In this document: piece after piece, positions 7,700 to 22,650 of the stretch | Layout of the letters: each line of letters starts with the position of its first letter | Numbering within the stretch: position 1 is the first letter of the stretch | NCBI GenBank assembly: GCA_977020255.1 | Contig: CDROCS010001806.1 | Coordinates: 372,001 to 436,000 of the forward strand | Origin: Obrimoposthia wandeli | Lineage: Eukaryota | Reading direction: 5' to 3' | DNA length: 64,000 bases | Notes under the pieces: generated by a model | What the model was told of the DNA's origin: nothing | Database searches by the model: none | The model's input: the letters and a program-made list of their open reading frames with translations, nothing else | Program-made: the position numbers and the translations under genes

Positions 7700-9070
7700 T
7701 CTCGGTAGTTCGTTTGTTTCCTTGTTGTCTTGAGTTTTCTTCGTTGACGGTTTTTGTGAAGTAGGTTTTAGTTAATATTGTTCTGTCTTTGCAGTCTATC
7801 ATAAAGTTGTGTTTTACAAGGAAATCGGATCCTATTATCAGTTGGGATACGCCCGCGATGATAAAATTCCATTGGTATGCTGTATTACTTATAATTAAAT
7901 TCTGTTTTGTTTCGCCGTACGTTTTGATTGTGGTGTTGTTTGCTGCGATGAGGCTAATGTAATGTGAGTGGTATGTCTTAAAATTTTGTTGAATGCATAG
8001 TGTATATGGTTTTAGTGATAACGATGAAATGGAATCTATTAAAAATTGATATGTGGTGTTGGATGGTTGCACCTTGAAAGTGGAATTTATACCGTCTTAT
8101 AACGGTGAGTTTATTCGTTTTTTGAAATGAACACGGTGCTACACATTTATATGGATTGTTTCCGTAGGTTTTATGGTAGTAACACATGTTTCGTTGTGAA
8201 GCTTTTTTCGATGTGTGTGGTGCATTAAATTTGAAGTGAGGTGAATGAGTTATCCGGTGAAAAGGTGGTGATTGATTTCTCTGGTGATGTTCAGGTGCTT
8301 GGTTTTTCTGGTTGAAGTGAGGTGGTTTGTTGTGGGTTGGATGGTAGTTTGAGTGAGGTGGTTGATGTCTGTTAGATGGGGAGTTGTTTCTGGAGTTATG
8401 TCTCTGGTTAATGTTTCGATTATTAAGAGTGATTTCCCTAAGGAGTTTGTTGATGACTGATGGCTAGTAATATTGCATTTTGGTGAGTGTCTTCGTTTTG
8501 TGGTGGGTGGCTGATGTGATTGGTCTCAGTGTGGACTCTGTTATGGTGGATATTGTCAGCTATTTCAGCTATTTTTTGAATATCGATGATGTTAGTGGCG
8601 GTGATGATATATCTTGTGTTTTGTGGAAGAGTTTTGAGAAAGCATTCTTTCAGGATTTAGGAGAAGTTGTGTGCTTGTTGTGGGTCGATTTTAGAAAGTT
8701 GTTTTTTAAGATGTTTGAGGGTTTGTGATGGTGTGGTGTTTTCCTTTTTGGACGGGTTGAGTAGTTGTTCTAAAGCGTTTTTTGGCTACGTTTCCTCGTA
8801 TTTTGTTGATTTTATCTATTAGCTTTATTGTTGGGTTGTGGGGCTCAATATGTCGTTTATCTCTTCCGCTATATTTTTTAATTGTTGTGGCGGGCAACTT
8901 GTTAATGATGTGCATTGTTATTTTTATTTCGGTGTGTTTGTAGCTGGTTGTCAGAATATTGTGTGTTAGGTTTATCCAGTCTATAGGGTTGTCAATTTCA
9001 TCTACAAAATATTGTGGGGATTTTATGTGTAAAGGATGGTGTTTGTTCGTGTCTAGGCATTTTAGATCGA
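7700..9070 (-). pseudogene. Degenerate Ty3/gypsy gag-protease
   Basis: Gag-like ILKECFLKTLPQNTRYI, zinc knuckle CYYHKTYGNNPYKCVAPC, aspartic protease FLIDS...IIGSDFL; many stops and frameshifts. Confidence 0.8.
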
Positions 9071-9904
9071 GAACAGTTTATGACAAAAGTTTATGACGAT
9101 CATCATGTAGATATATGGTCAAAAGATCAGAGATTATGTTAAATGATGTATTAGGTGTAGTGAGATGATAGTGACAATGAAAATGTGAGAATTGAGAATG
9201 AGATTTGTAGCGGCAGCGTTGATTAGGACTTATTGATGTAGTACAAGATATGTTAAAGAGCAGAAGGATATGAATACAGACCTTTAAAAAACAGATAAAG
9301 GACACATTGAGGAGTATTTTTTATTTGAGGCCTTATCAGGATATGAAATTGTTGTTGTAGAATATTGTGGGCCGTTGTAGTGTTTGTTTCTACTGACACC
9401 AATTTGTTGGGTTGGATAATTGTAGGAGTTGGAGATTAAACGAGAATAGAGTGAAGGCGACGAAGTAAACACATTGATATATTTTTTGTATTTCAATTAT
9501 TTTTAACTTTTCAAATTTTCGTAGGGAGGCTACTAATTACATTATCCAAACATTGGACTTAATTCAATTATCATCGATTAGGGATAATTATAATTAACAT
9601 TAATAATAAAAAAACATCAAATACAAATATACAAGTAACACAAAAAGAAAAGAGAGGTTGCAGGGGAAACATATCATAAAAATATATAACAATATATAAC
9701 AATATATATTAAAAAAATATATAACAATATATAATATATATATATATATAATACACATAAACTCATTTTTAGATTCAAATAATATAGTCAACTATAAACT
9801 GATCATTTCCGTTTGATTATTGTCCTGATCAAGGCTTTATGATTTATTATTATTTATTTCAGTTTGTTTTAATGATTTACTTTTTTGCTCTATGATAAGT
9901 TTTT

Positions 9905-11050
9905 AATGATCAACACTTTGGTTTTAAGAATATTCATTCTTCAAATCCTTCTCTGCCACCATTTTATCCTTAAATTTCCTGAATCACACTCTTAAATTTA
10001 TTAATAAATAATAGATGATCAGGAGGATAAATACTAGTGTCAAGAAACTCATCATCAATCATATCTTTAAGTAATATATTTTGATTTTCATTATGAACTT
10101 CAAATAAAAATGAATCAATGTCCATTTGATACAATCTTTATTTGACAATTAAATTGGTTCCTATATTTAACACATTTAATATATTGAAGCTGATACATTC
10201 TCAACTTTGATAGGACAGTTGTATATAGTCGATTAAGACGACTTCTTTTTCATATATATTAAATTTAATTCACCATAGATATTTCGGAACCAATGACTTG
10301 ACATAATTTAACTAATCTTCTATCATTATTATATAGCCGAATATCACTGCTATTTTCAATTTCTCTAATGTTTTACATTAGATTAAGGCTGTTTCAACGA
10401 ATTCATATTAATGTATTCCTTAAACTTTAAAAATCATGAAAGTATTATGTTTTGTTTCTTATTCTCATGAGTTAACAGTAACTTTTAACTTGAGAACTGC
10501 GAGAGCCCTGTTTGATTGGTTCGATGGCTTATTCATCAAGGAAATCATGAAACGGTTTTGGCATATGAAAGTCAATTTCAAGCAAAAACTCTCATGCTTC
10601 CTTAATAAGATGTATCATTTCCCTGGATATGGTTCCAGATCAAATATTCAATTGGTAAATGTTGGCTCAATGTTTAATCATATAAATGATTAATGTCTAT
10701 ATAAAGCAGTGATGTATCTGATGAAGTTTTACAATAATATTTGCTAATAAATATAATATATTCACGAATACCTGATTCAAATATGTTATACATTTCTGGA
10801 AAATGGTAAAATTCAATTTTATTTTCAAAAGATTTGATAGCACCCGACCAACTCAAACTAGGAATACAATAAATATCCACGGCATTCACCTATTCTAATT
10901 TATTTTCTAAATTCTTCAAATACATCACATAATAAATATACATCATGATTCATATATTCCAACATATAATTCTTCAATGTTTGATAATTTAATTTACTGT
11001 ACATTATAATGGTCTTATTATACTTATCATTAGATTCATCACTACCATAC
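9905..11050 (-). pseudogene. Decayed Polinton protein-primed DNA polymerase B fragment
   Basis: EMYNIFESGIR...LLYIDINHLY and FLDTSIYPPDH...GKFKD...LKPKC motifs. Confidence 0.75.
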
Positions 11051-11920
11051 TTATATGACAAAACCGAAATGTACATTAGACTTGGTGCTAAGCTAGATTT
11101 TGTCTATTGAGCAATTCAGTTTGCACAAACTAATGTTTTTTCTAAATACATTGAGGATAATTCGGCGAAACAAGCTGCAGCCACAACACATTTCGAGAAA
11201 GATAAAGAATTAACCTTCGGATTTGTAATACTCCCTAAAAACTGATTACCTATTGTAGTAAAGCTCAGTTTCGTACGACTATTGAAATTGATACTGACCT
11301 TAGTGCTATTCTACTGAATAAGGAAAATGTCGTTTTGAATTGTCTTAGTTACTTTGGCCAGACGGTTTTGGATTGAGGCAAATTGCACATTTATGAGGTG
11401 CCGTATATGCAGTTGGAGAAATATACAGCACAATTTAGCTACGATATGAGAATAATAGCAGGTGAAACAGATAGCTTTTTCTTTAGCGTAATAATTTAAT
11501 GTAAAACTGTAATAATATAATGCTACGATTGTTGATGGGTTGTTAGATACCTCGAAGTTTTCAACAAATCAATCGCTCTATACTATACTCAATACAGTGA
11601 CAGGTAAATTTAAGGATGAGAGCAAGGAATTGTTTAGCTAAAGACAAAGGTTATTTCTACATCCAAAATCATAAAGCTTAGAAACTACAAAATGAGAATC
11701 GCAGGTAAAAGTTATAGATATTAGACCCCTTTACGTACGCTAAATACTTGTCAATTTTCGAGAATGGAGTAAGCGAGCGAGTACAATAACAGTGCATAAT
11801 CTCGATAAATCATAAGCATTTTACTATTCCAATGAGTAGAATGGATTTGAGTAGTGCCGATAATAAGCATAAGTGGGTAGAAAAGAATCGATAAGTTGTG
11901 ACACTCACGTTTTATACCCC
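11050..11920 (+). pseudogene. Second decayed pPolB fragment in opposite orientation
   Basis: YIRLGAKL, FSKYIEDNS, RIIAGETDSFF, LLDTS...GKFKDES motifs, parallel to the element B PolB. Confidence 0.7.
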
Positions 11921-12129
11921 GATGAAAATGTTTAATCTTTTCATTTGTCTAATCAGGCTTGTAGAGATTTTATTATGATTTTCTATAATGTAGTTTTGGA
12001 TTATTTTATTTTTGTGTTGGAATTATTTAGTTATTATTTTAAATAAGATTTGAACAAATTTAGAAAATTTATTGAATTTTGAATTATTAATACCAATCTT
12101 ATTTAAAATATACATACACACATACATAA

Positions 12130-12960
12130 ATTGTTTATTTACACCTTTACCTTTAGATTTCAAGAATTCTTGAATTCTATATACCCCAGGTTTATCAATT
12201 TGCTGTAATTCTTGTTCGTAAAACGTACCATAAATTTGATTTTATCATCGTCTGTATTACTATACATTATTGGATAATCTTTTTTATCAATACTTAATAT
12301 TATAAATACCTCACCACTTAAATTTGGATAATTTTTTTAATAAATAGAGATCTGCTTAATTTAGATATACGAACATAGTTTCTAACATTATACTTTGGTT
12401 TCTTTTCCATTTTAATTTCATTATTTTGTTCAATATATAAATCAAATGATGTTGCATCAATCGATTTTCTATTGTTTAAACCACTATTATGTGACAACAT
12501 AAGCTTATGTAATATACCAAACCATTTCTTATTAACTTTAACTGGAAAGCTTTTCTTGAGTTTATTCCTTAATGTACAGTTAAATTTCTCAACCAATGCA
12601 GCTTTGAATTGAGAAAATACAGAAATGATTAAAACTTAGTTTATCAAATAAACGTTTTTCATTTTTATTATAAAATACCTTACCCAAATCAGTGTGAATA
12701 TTTGTAAGAAAAAAATCAACAACTTTTGTTTCCATAATATCTTTTGCCGACTTTGACTTTACTGCCAACTTTAAGTAGAATCAGTGTACATAATATGAAG
12801 TGTTTGCTGAATGAGAGCTCAAATCTGAATCCATGAAAATATCTATGGCATCCCTTATGCTTTATCCTAACCGATACGGCTCCATTATCTAGATTTAAAA
12901 GTCGATCGAAATTTAGAATTGGAGAATAGTGAAAGTTATTATTACGTCCAGGCAAGATTA
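12130..12960 (-). pseudogene. Decayed Polinton integrase (remnant C)
   Basis: IHTDLGKVFYN, FSQFKAALVEKFNCTLRNKLK and YVRISKLS segments align to the element A integrase. Confidence 0.8.
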
Positions 12961-15159
12961 ATTTGACCGAATCCCTCCATCTTTACTCCTGTAAATCACA
13001 TATAATAAAGGTTTTCTAAAATATTTCTTCTGTTAAATTTACTGTGTTAAATATTATATTTGAATACATCAATGCTCAAGTTATTCATGTGTTAAAATCT
13101 AGATATAATAGTTAATTTAACAAAAATCTCTATACCATGATAATGCTATTCATGTAAAAGTATATTTTCGCGCATGCTCCTGTCTTCAGTAATTACATTC
13201 CTTTTTTAAGATGACCAACATGATATACAGGAAGCAAATGTTATCATTATTCTGTCCGTTAACAATGGAACATGAGAGTTGGAGAGATCTGGGTAAAGGA
13301 ATGTATGAGCTCCTAAACAGATAAATCATGTCAGTGAATTTCGTTTAAACAAAGCTCACTTCGTGTAATCTACCCGGGGCCCATCCACTACTTAATTTGC
13401 TATAATTAACTTTTGTGTTCATCGACATTTCTCTCATTTACAAAGTTATCATATAAACTATTAATTTTTTGAAAATTATCCACCTTTTAAATTCATATTT
13501 AGTATTTTAAAATTATAATGTTGTGCAAAATTGAACATAAGCCTTCTCTAATATGATCACATCAGATTTTAAATATTTTTTATTACCAACGGCCTCTTTA
13601 TTATAATATATTTATCATTTAAATGCTACTCAAGTTGTAGGATAGTTCAGTTGATTCAGGAGATGTATGAAGTTTGGGTTGATACAACACTTGAATCAGT
13701 TTTTTATTTTCCTTTTAATTTGATCGTGTTTGACAGAATAATTTCAAGGCTTCAACGTATAAGTCTAAACGACTGAAATATGACTCTAAACGTGAGATGT
13801 TTGTACATTTCAATAAAGGTACAGCAACGCATTAAAGCTATAAAATAAAACTTTATAATAATCCTAACCTGGCAGGTCACTAGACCCTACTCCTGTAAAA
13901 ATTCATTGTCGAAGGCCTATGTCTGAATATCTGAATAATTAGACAACGCTGATAGTAGATTTTACATTGATTTATCATATTATTTTCCAATAACCAAATT
14001 TTGTTTTGACACTCTTGTTATGAGCAAGTATTTAATTTATGGAAATTCACATTTTAGGTATTGAGAATCGTAAAATTAACAGACTGTCAGTGTTATGCTT
14101 ATCGAAAAAAAATTCAAATTAATTCAAATTATTCATGAAAATCGTATAAATAATTAATTTAGAACCCAGCCATAAAAACGATTTACTTAATCGTAACTGA
14201 TCGATATTGAGTATTTACATTCGTAGCAGTTCTCGATTTATGTCCACCTCAAAACATAGATTAGGTTCAAATAAAATTAATCGAACTATTTCCAACAACT
14301 TCATTAGCCGAATGCAGCCTTAAAGCTGAATCCCAGATACTAATTGTGGAAAAATAAAACTGCTATTAAGCTGGCGAGTAAATCAGATTTGCTGAAAGTT
14401 TTCAGCATTGATGGCTTCCTGGAGTATGCCAACAATTTCAGCGGGGAAAATAATGCGAGTGTTGCCTGATGCTGGATGGTTATGTGGAGCGGCAGATGGT
14501 TGAGTGAGTTGGATGCTCGAGTCAGCTCGGATTGACGGCAGTCTGCTTCAGTTCGTTCCGGAATTGGTAGCGGCAGTGCGAGTAGGAGTCTACATCAAGT
14601 TGTCATATATACAGTCAATGACGTTGGTAGACAGAATCAGAGACTGTAATGAAGTGTGGTACTCGTAACACTTGCAGAATTTTGGCGTCTCATTCACGTT
14701 TTCAGATGGCCAGTGTGGAAAAACAGTGATATTACATTCTCATTACTAGTTTAATGAGAACAAGAAACTGGAGTATCGTCAAAACAGTAATTCTGGTCTA
14801 ATTAAGAAAAACTATTATGGATTTTTTAAAATAAAATATGGCTTTATCAAATATACAGATTTAGGCTAATAATATTATTAAATCGTTATTAAACATGTGA
14901 ACAACTTCCTTTTTCGTGTTTTTATTTCTAAAATATGTATAAAAATTAAAGAAAACACACTTGTGTTTTGTTAATATCGAAATATTTTGTCAATTATATT
15001 TAGCCCTATTTACTTAAAATTTCTTCCTCAATTTTCATGTAAGTTTTCAATAGTATCTCAATCAAAGATCCCATTTGTCCGGCGCCCCACAATAATGCAA
15101 ACACATTTGAAATTGCTGGGGTTTCTATTTGAAACTCTTTATTGAAGCAGATGCTCGTA

Positions 15160-15290
15160 TGGAGGCCCCCAACGTGAGTTCTGTAGCGATATGGCTTACA
15201 GATGGATGTGGCCTACCTGTTCATATCCTACTTAATTCTAGTCTCAAATATGAAGGTTTTATGTATCTTGGGATATGTTCAAGGAGTTGT
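15160..15290. repeat. Dispersed repeat fragment, second copy at ~18000-18130
   Basis: Shared TGGAGGCCCCCAACGTGAGTTCT core with similar flanks; family unknown. Confidence 0.55.
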
Positions 15291-15694
15291 GTTCACAAAC
15301 TAGCTTATAGGTTCCTAAAGCTAGTGTGGAGTGATGTAATGTAGAGGGGTTGTGTACCAGATAAGCTGGATATCAGTAAACAGGGTAGGGACCAATCGAC
15401 GCAGACAATACTCCTCTATATCTGTCAGCACTTGGAATATTGTCTCGTGGGTTGTCCCTCGGCTAGCCTATATGTTAGGGGCAAACGACTTTCGCAAGGG
15501 AATTGGTTCTAAATAAGTCTTCCCAACTATACAACTATATTTGACTTATATCCTACTTAGATACCCAAAATGCACTCTAAAATATAGTTATGATTCAATG
15601 TGGTTAATACTCAAATGCTACTTTAATTTTACGTAAAAATACTTGGAATAATATTGTTATATTTGATAATTATTTCCAACTAATTCATTAGCAA

Positions 15695-16050
15695 TAATTT
15701 CTGTTTTCAGTAATAACAGCAACAAATAATGATCAGCAAAATTATATTTTCAGAAATAACAATAAAATAATGATCAGTTAAAATTCTGTTTTAATCAGTA
15801 AATGCAATAACAATGGTCAGCAATAATTTTGATTTTCTGTAATAACCGTAATAATTATGGTCAGCAATAATGTCTGTATTCTGTAATAATTATGATCAGC
15901 AATAATTCCTGTATTCTGTAATAATTATGATCAGCAATAATTCCTGTATTCTGTAATAACAGTAATAATTATAAACATCAATAATTTCTGTATCGTTTTC
16001 TGTAATAACAATAATAAATATGATCAGCAATAATTCTTCTTTTCTGTAGC
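15695..16050. repeat. Degenerate minisatellite (~35-40 bp units)
   Basis: Recurrent AATAATTATGATCAGCAATAATTCCTGTATTCTGT units. Confidence 0.85.
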
Positions 16051-16231
16051 AATTTAAAAAAGTAGTTTTAGAAATTATATCAAATCTTTTTATGACAAAC
16101 AATTTTATATTAATTTTTCTATCATAAGTGACATTACATAAATTTGTAGACACACACGTAAATCGGCACCACTACACAGATAGAAGCAGTAAAATAACAT
16201 GTGTGTATGTAGTGCACTTAAAATTGGATAG

Positions 16232-16599
16232 GCAGAAAATCGATAGAGGATGCAGTCATTTCTTCTGTGTTATCTCCTACTTTGCAGGCAATTTTCCTAC
16301 TGCGAAGCACAAGATAAAACCTGAACATCACTGACAAAAATTGCTGTTCGACTGTGGGCACTTCGATAAATTAATTTAAATTTAAATTCTAATATTTTAA
16401 TTCCCAACAATATGCAGAAAAATCGATAGAGGATGCAGTCATTTCTTCTGTGTTATCTCTTACTTTGCGGGCAATTTTCCTACTGCGAAGCACAAAATAA
16501 AACCTGAACATCACTGACAAAAATTGCTGTTCGACTGTGGGCACTTCGATAAATTGATTTAAATTTAAATTCTTATATTTTAATTCCCAACAATATGCA
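16232..16599. repeat. Tandem duplication, 2 x ~183 bp
   Basis: Copies start at 16232 and 16414, nearly identical. Confidence 0.95.
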
Positions 16600-18489
16600 A
16601 ATTTCTTGGATTAATGCGTATGCTATACTTTGATTGATCCATTAAATACTTAATTTAGACACAAAATACTATACATAATTATCAACTCACGGATTAATTT
16701 ATATATCTCCCGTAATCTCTCCAAATCTTTGGTCAAACTCCACAATTTCAATTCCTGATTTCCGAAAAAACTGAATTTCTTGTCGCTTTTAAAAATAAAT
16801 TATTTTACTGTGAATCTGTCTTGTGTCTCGCAATTTATTTTTATGAATTTTGAATTAATAAATTTGTGTTATATAGAGTAATTTTATTCGTCTTACCTCA
16901 AGAAGGTCACAGGGAAAATCTCTGACTTATGCTCTACTAATGGGTTTGCAGATGTTGCAACTGTTTCTTTTCCCACAATAATTTTCTATTCACAGTCTGT
17001 TAATGGAGCAACTGCTTCTTTTCCAACAAATACATTTTTAATTAAATCAATTTATTTTCGTTTTTCTTTGCTTTTCTTATCTTCCTTTTTTGAACCCTTT
17101 ACTTATATACACATAATTTTAACCTTACTTAATTTTTTATTTATTTACAATTTCTAATTTCCGTAATTAATTATTTTATTTATTTTATTCTCCCAACCTT
17201 TATTATTTTAAGGTTAAATCTACCACTATCAATAACTTGTTTATTTAATTAATATTTAGTTTCCTAATCTCAACAGAATTTTTATAAACAATTTTAAACA
17301 TATATTTTAATTAATTAAAATGAACGATTATATTTGTGTCATTATTGTTTAAAGCTTTTTAAACAAAACATTAAAAAGCAAAAACATGAAAGAATAAATA
17401 TAAAAACCAATACTATGCAAATAATATTATTGTATTGAAAACATAACGTTTAAAAAAGTACATATATATTTTTATATGTATATAATCAACGTAAAAACGG
17501 TCGGTAGAGCATGTTTCAAGAAAAGTGTCCGGCATTACAATTTTAAAAATCTGGTAAACCTGATATCAATGGACTGATCATTTAATCTAAATTAAGATGC
17601 GAGTTTTGAATCGACTAACAAATTATCATAATTTTATTATTTTAAAAGTAATTGTAGGAAACTGCCATTTAAATTTAGCTTCAAACATCCGCAATCTTTG
17701 AAAAGAATGTGACGATTTTCGTATTTTCTACTTAGTGCGTTTGATTTTGTTATTTTAAGGAATTAGATTAAAAGTACTGCACGACATGACATTTGATATA
17801 TCGTCATATACTTAATGCAATCAGTGAAACATTTTTTAAAAAATGCATTGATTTAGCAAAATCCGTAATTTTGCATTTCTATATTTCATTTTTAATTAGA
17901 TGAACTCTATGGAATATTTAGATTAGATAAAGAAAGAAAATAATACAATAAATATGTTGGGTTTCTTTATGAAACTACTTTGGAGTTTAGATATAGATCC
18001 TCTGATGGAGGCCCCCAACGTGAGTTCTATAGAAGTAGGACTTGCAGTTGTTTATGGCCTACTTAGTTTGCTGCTTACTTGTCTCAATTCTTATCTGAAG
18101 GTTTGTTTATGTCTAGGTGTGGTGGGTCTGTAACAACGCTATTTAGTTGTAGGAAATCTTTATTTTATAACACATTAGTTACGTTCTAAAATACGTTCTA
18201 AAAATGACAACAGCAAATCCTAAGTACTTTTCACACCGTCTCTACACAAGTGGGAACGTTTCGTGTATCAATTTTAATTGAGGGTTTTTAGTTCAATAGA
18301 GTCTTTACTCTAAAAAATATGGGCAGTGTAGTTTATTTATTTTACGCAGAGTAAACACTCTAATTATGGGCAGTTAGTTTATTGATTTTAGGTAGGTCTA
18401 ATTATTTTACGGGTTCCGGTCCAGTGGGACTTGTTCAAATGTGGGAAAATCAACTTCCTTTTTTCCAAAAGATGGGACCATCTAATCAA

Positions 18490-18765
18490 AGTATGAATCA
18501 AATGTGGGCAAATTATAGATCAATTTATGAATCAATGGTGGTTAAATTATAGATCAATTTATGAATGAAAGGTGTGCAAATTATAGATCAATTTATGTAT
18601 CAAACGTGGGCAAATTATAGATCAATTTATGAATCAAATGTGGGCAAATTATAGATCAGACAAATTATAAATCAACTTATGAATACTATGTGGGCAAACT
18701 ATAGATCAACTTATGGATCTAACGTGGGCAAATTATAGATCAACTTATGGATCAAATGTGGGCAA
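18490..18765. repeat. Minisatellite (~31-32 bp units)
   Basis: Repeated ATCAAATGTGGGCAAATTATAGATCAATTTATGA. Confidence 0.9.
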
Positions 18766-21399
18766 CCAACAACACTCTCACCGTTTTTCGTAGAGATTGT
18801 CACCCTAGAGATTTCCAGGCACGGCTCGACCTCTGCGTCTCCGATCTCCTTCCTCGAACGCTAGTCTCAATTGAGATTTCCTAGCTCCACGAATCCACGG
18901 AAGACCCTTCTGGTACGATCAACTGTCTGTTTTCAATTGTACTGCAATTAATAAAGCTTAAATTTTCCTTTTATATTGGATTTACCTTGCTTTAAACTGT
19001 ATTTCTGGTACGATCAACTTTCTGTCTTCAACTGTCTGCTAGTACTAAAGCTTAAATTTTCCTTTTATATTACTTTTCTTACCTTGGCTGCTAATAGATT
19101 TTCTGATCTGCAGTCTACCGGCTGCTTGTTTCCCATATTTCTTCTCGCTGCTAAATGTTCTCCAGACAACACTAATGGATTCTGGTAATTGATTTCGTCT
19201 ACCGGCTGCTTGCTCCTAGGATCGCTTCTCAGATTGCTTCTCCGATAGGCTTCGCTAATTACACTCTCGATCACACTCGATTTTCGCTAATCCCACTCTG
19301 GGTTGATCTAATCTTTTTTTGGGGGTCCTTTTATAATTTATAAAATCTATTATATACTACGCACCAAACACTTGACCTCCTCAAGGTCCTAAAATACTTT
19401 TTTATTTTATTATTTAATTTTAAATTCTTATTTAAATTTTGATTTTATTTTTAACCTTGCTTTCAAGGATTTATTTCACTGTTTAATAAATAATTATTTT
19501 CTGAATTTTATTAATTTTCTAATCCTAACACATACTTGATTATTTGTACATGGTTTACGATTTCTCCATAATTTCAATAGCTTTGAACTAGAGAATTGGT
19601 ATTTATGTCTATCTAATATTTTATAATAGCAGACTTAATATGTTTATTTATACATATAATTGAGTTATGGCATATGTAGATGATGCATATAATTAGAAGG
19701 GAAACGTCAAAATTGATAATGTTTTAGTCTATTCTCAGCAGCATTGCCAAATTTCAAATGCAAAGAAAATGAAAATTTTCGGTGAAAGCTTGACTTGCAC
19801 CAGAAGCAAAACTCACAAATACATCTATAACTGTTTAGTTAGGGACAAAAAAAATTAGACATCTTTGCAACCTTCAGTAATGGTGTTTGCACTTCTCAAA
19901 GCGTTTCAGTGTCATCGATAAATAAAATTAAAAAAAGTAAACATGAAGGCATATAAAAGAAAACGTATCCATTAACTTTTAGTTTCTGACCGACCTAGAT
20001 TTCTTGAATTTTATTCAAGATTTACCGACAAGTTAATTCCTGCCGATGAAGCAACGTTAAATTATTAATACACAACAGCTTTTATTATTGCCTCAAAATT
20101 AGTGTAGAAGATTAGAAAACACATTAAAATGTCCATATAATATTGTTAGATTAAGAAAAATTAAGTTAAATAAATAATAAAAGTATTTATAAAAAATAAC
20201 CTTTTAAATTGAAGATAATAAAAAAGGTTGTGGAAGAAATTAGAAATAATAGTTAGGTGAAGAAATCGAAATTAAACCGAACGAAGCGGTGGGGTGGTAT
20301 GCCAACAATCATTAATCGCCGAAATCTGGTATTCACACAGATCGCGAAGTGTCCACAATCACTAATCTTCAACATTCGGCCTCGCGGACACTAACACAGT
20401 AATCACATAGATTGTGAATATCACAGAAGTTGTAACTGATAGCCATCCAAGCATAAGGAAATCAGGCCACTATTTGATTGGTGATTGCTTCGGGTCGTAT
20501 GGGGCTCACATCATAACAAATTCCCGCCCAGGGATTTAATCGCCAGATCGGACAAATAATCGAACTCCAGCCGATTACGCACATGCTGCAGTTCACCAAT
20601 TATCCGGCCCCTTAATTTCTGCAGACATCACTGTAAGAATATAAAGCGATCCTTAGCCGATTTACACTCAAACAATTAGAAGCACAATATTTAGGAACAG
20701 AATATTAGGTAATAGTGATCGAGACACTCAATGGACAAAATTGAACTACCGATCATACAGAGATAAATTCAAGCAGAAGGACTCAGTATCCAGTGAACTT
20801 AGATTCTTACGAAACCAGTTTGGAGTTCGAGACGATCAAGGCTAATTGGAATATTCTGGACGGAGAAGCAGCAACTGCGCAGCGACAACAAAGAATAACA
20901 AATCGCTGGGTGAGAGCGTTTGTCATTTGGAAAAGAGTAATTCTTATATTCATAAATAAAGAGTCTTTTCAACAAATATATCTATTGTCGATCTAAATTC
21001 CAATCAAATATGTGATTTCTAATCACATTATTTAAACAAACTTCTTCATCCCCCAGCTCGTGACTGTTGTCACGGGTTCAAAAGTTAAATATCCAGTCAC
21101 TGGATTCCTGCCAGGCGGCACGGTGAGAAGCCCGATGGGGCCGCGTAGGGTGGTTATTGTTGGTTGATCTGCTGAGCGTCGAGTTGTCGATTGGATCGGG
21201 GTTGTCGACAGGATTGGTGGGATCTCATCATGCATTTTACGAGGAGATGTCTGAGCTCTATGCAATCACGAATAACCGCATTACTTAGAAGAATATAATA
21301 CCTATAATCTTCTTTCTTTCTGCAGCTGAATATTAGTAAGCCTGGAACAGTTGGTTGTCGGTATTCCAGAACCCGAGGGTCCCTCCTCTAATGACAGAG

Positions 21400-21600
21400 T
21401 GCTGCCATCTTGTCACTATTGTCTTCCAAAGGACAAAACTTGCAATCAGCAGAACATTAGTGGTCTAAGAATGGACTGTGAATCATCCGTTGGCAAACAC
21501 GTCTTGAAACCGTGTAAAGTCAGCTCTATGTCGCTCTTTGTAACGGACACATTGCTAAAGTTTGTCAATCTACCGGGAAAGTTAAGTCTAGCAATTAGGT
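21400..21600 (+). pseudogene. Possible retroelement gag zinc-knuckle remnant
   Basis: One frame reads LCNGHIAKVCQS (GH....C knuckle); nearby CHYC; frames disrupted. Confidence 0.35.
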
Positions 21601-22650
21601 TCAAATCGAGAATTCAGGCGATAATCATGATATTTATTGCTTGTCTATTGCAGGCAAATCTAATCAGCATATCTGTCACAAAGCGAGACTTGAAAGTGGA
21701 CTTTTGGGTAGTTTTATTCTGAACCCAGGAAGCTCAATCTGCTCTATATTAATCGAACAGACACTAAGACTTGGGATTAAAGACGATCAGATCAACACTC
21801 CATTATATCATTATCAGTATCATCAGATTACGAAATTATCATATATATATATATTAAATGCATTAATAAAGTAAGTTTTTTATTGTAGTAGGTTTTTGTT
21901 TGTTGCCGGTAAATGATAAAAACACGTAATAGAGATTTAAAAAACGAAAAAAACGCTCTATGAATATCCATACGATTATTGCTATTTTTATTAAAAAAAT
22001 AATTCATGAATTCACTTAAAACTTTGGTACTCAGAACAGTAGAGTACTCCAATAATTTTAATTTGCCAAGAAAAATCATTAAAGTTTGACGGAAAATAAC
22101 TGAAAATGTCTATATGTCAAAAATCTATAAATCCCCAAAAGAAAATTGCCTCTCACTAGGCTCATTTCAGTGCACCAGGTTGGCACAAGCTGCTTTCTTT
22201 TGACTTTTCACAAAGAAACGAACACCTGACCAAAGTTTTCACAAATACTTCACCGTTCTATCAACGCGAGTAGAAAAGACAAATATGCCAAGCTCATCAG
22301 CTAAAAGCCATCTTTGATACTGATCTTTCTCTGATAAGTCAAATCTTAGTGATGCTGAAATAAAGAAGTGAAACTAAAGAAACTAAATTCATAATTAATT
22401 TCTAGTGGTTATCAATATTGCAATTGATGATTCATTAGGGCGAATATATTACTGTTATACCAACTTTTTACGAACGTTTCATTTAAATTAGTTTTACAAT
22501 TTACAATATCATAAAGCTAATTTTGTAAAATTAATTGTAAAGTTATTGCTAAAAGTCGAAATTATTTAAGCTACGTTTTATTTTACTCCATTTATTTAAT
22601 ATATAATATTATTTGATTGTTAAGCAATCATGATTATACAAAGTTATTAA

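Noticed and set aside
9385-9545. Possible PBS (TGGTGTCAG on minus strand) and LTR upstream of the gypsy gag
   Set aside because: No second LTR copy to confirm; tRNA match not verifiable by eye.
13000-14100. Faint similarity to element A accessory genes next to remnant C
   Set aside because: Too degraded and AT-rich to separate from chance without alignment.
18490-18765. Regular ~31-bp repeats resembling a CRISPR array (also 63144-63311)
   Set aside because: Units are contiguous with no unique spacers, no cas genes, eukaryotic context.
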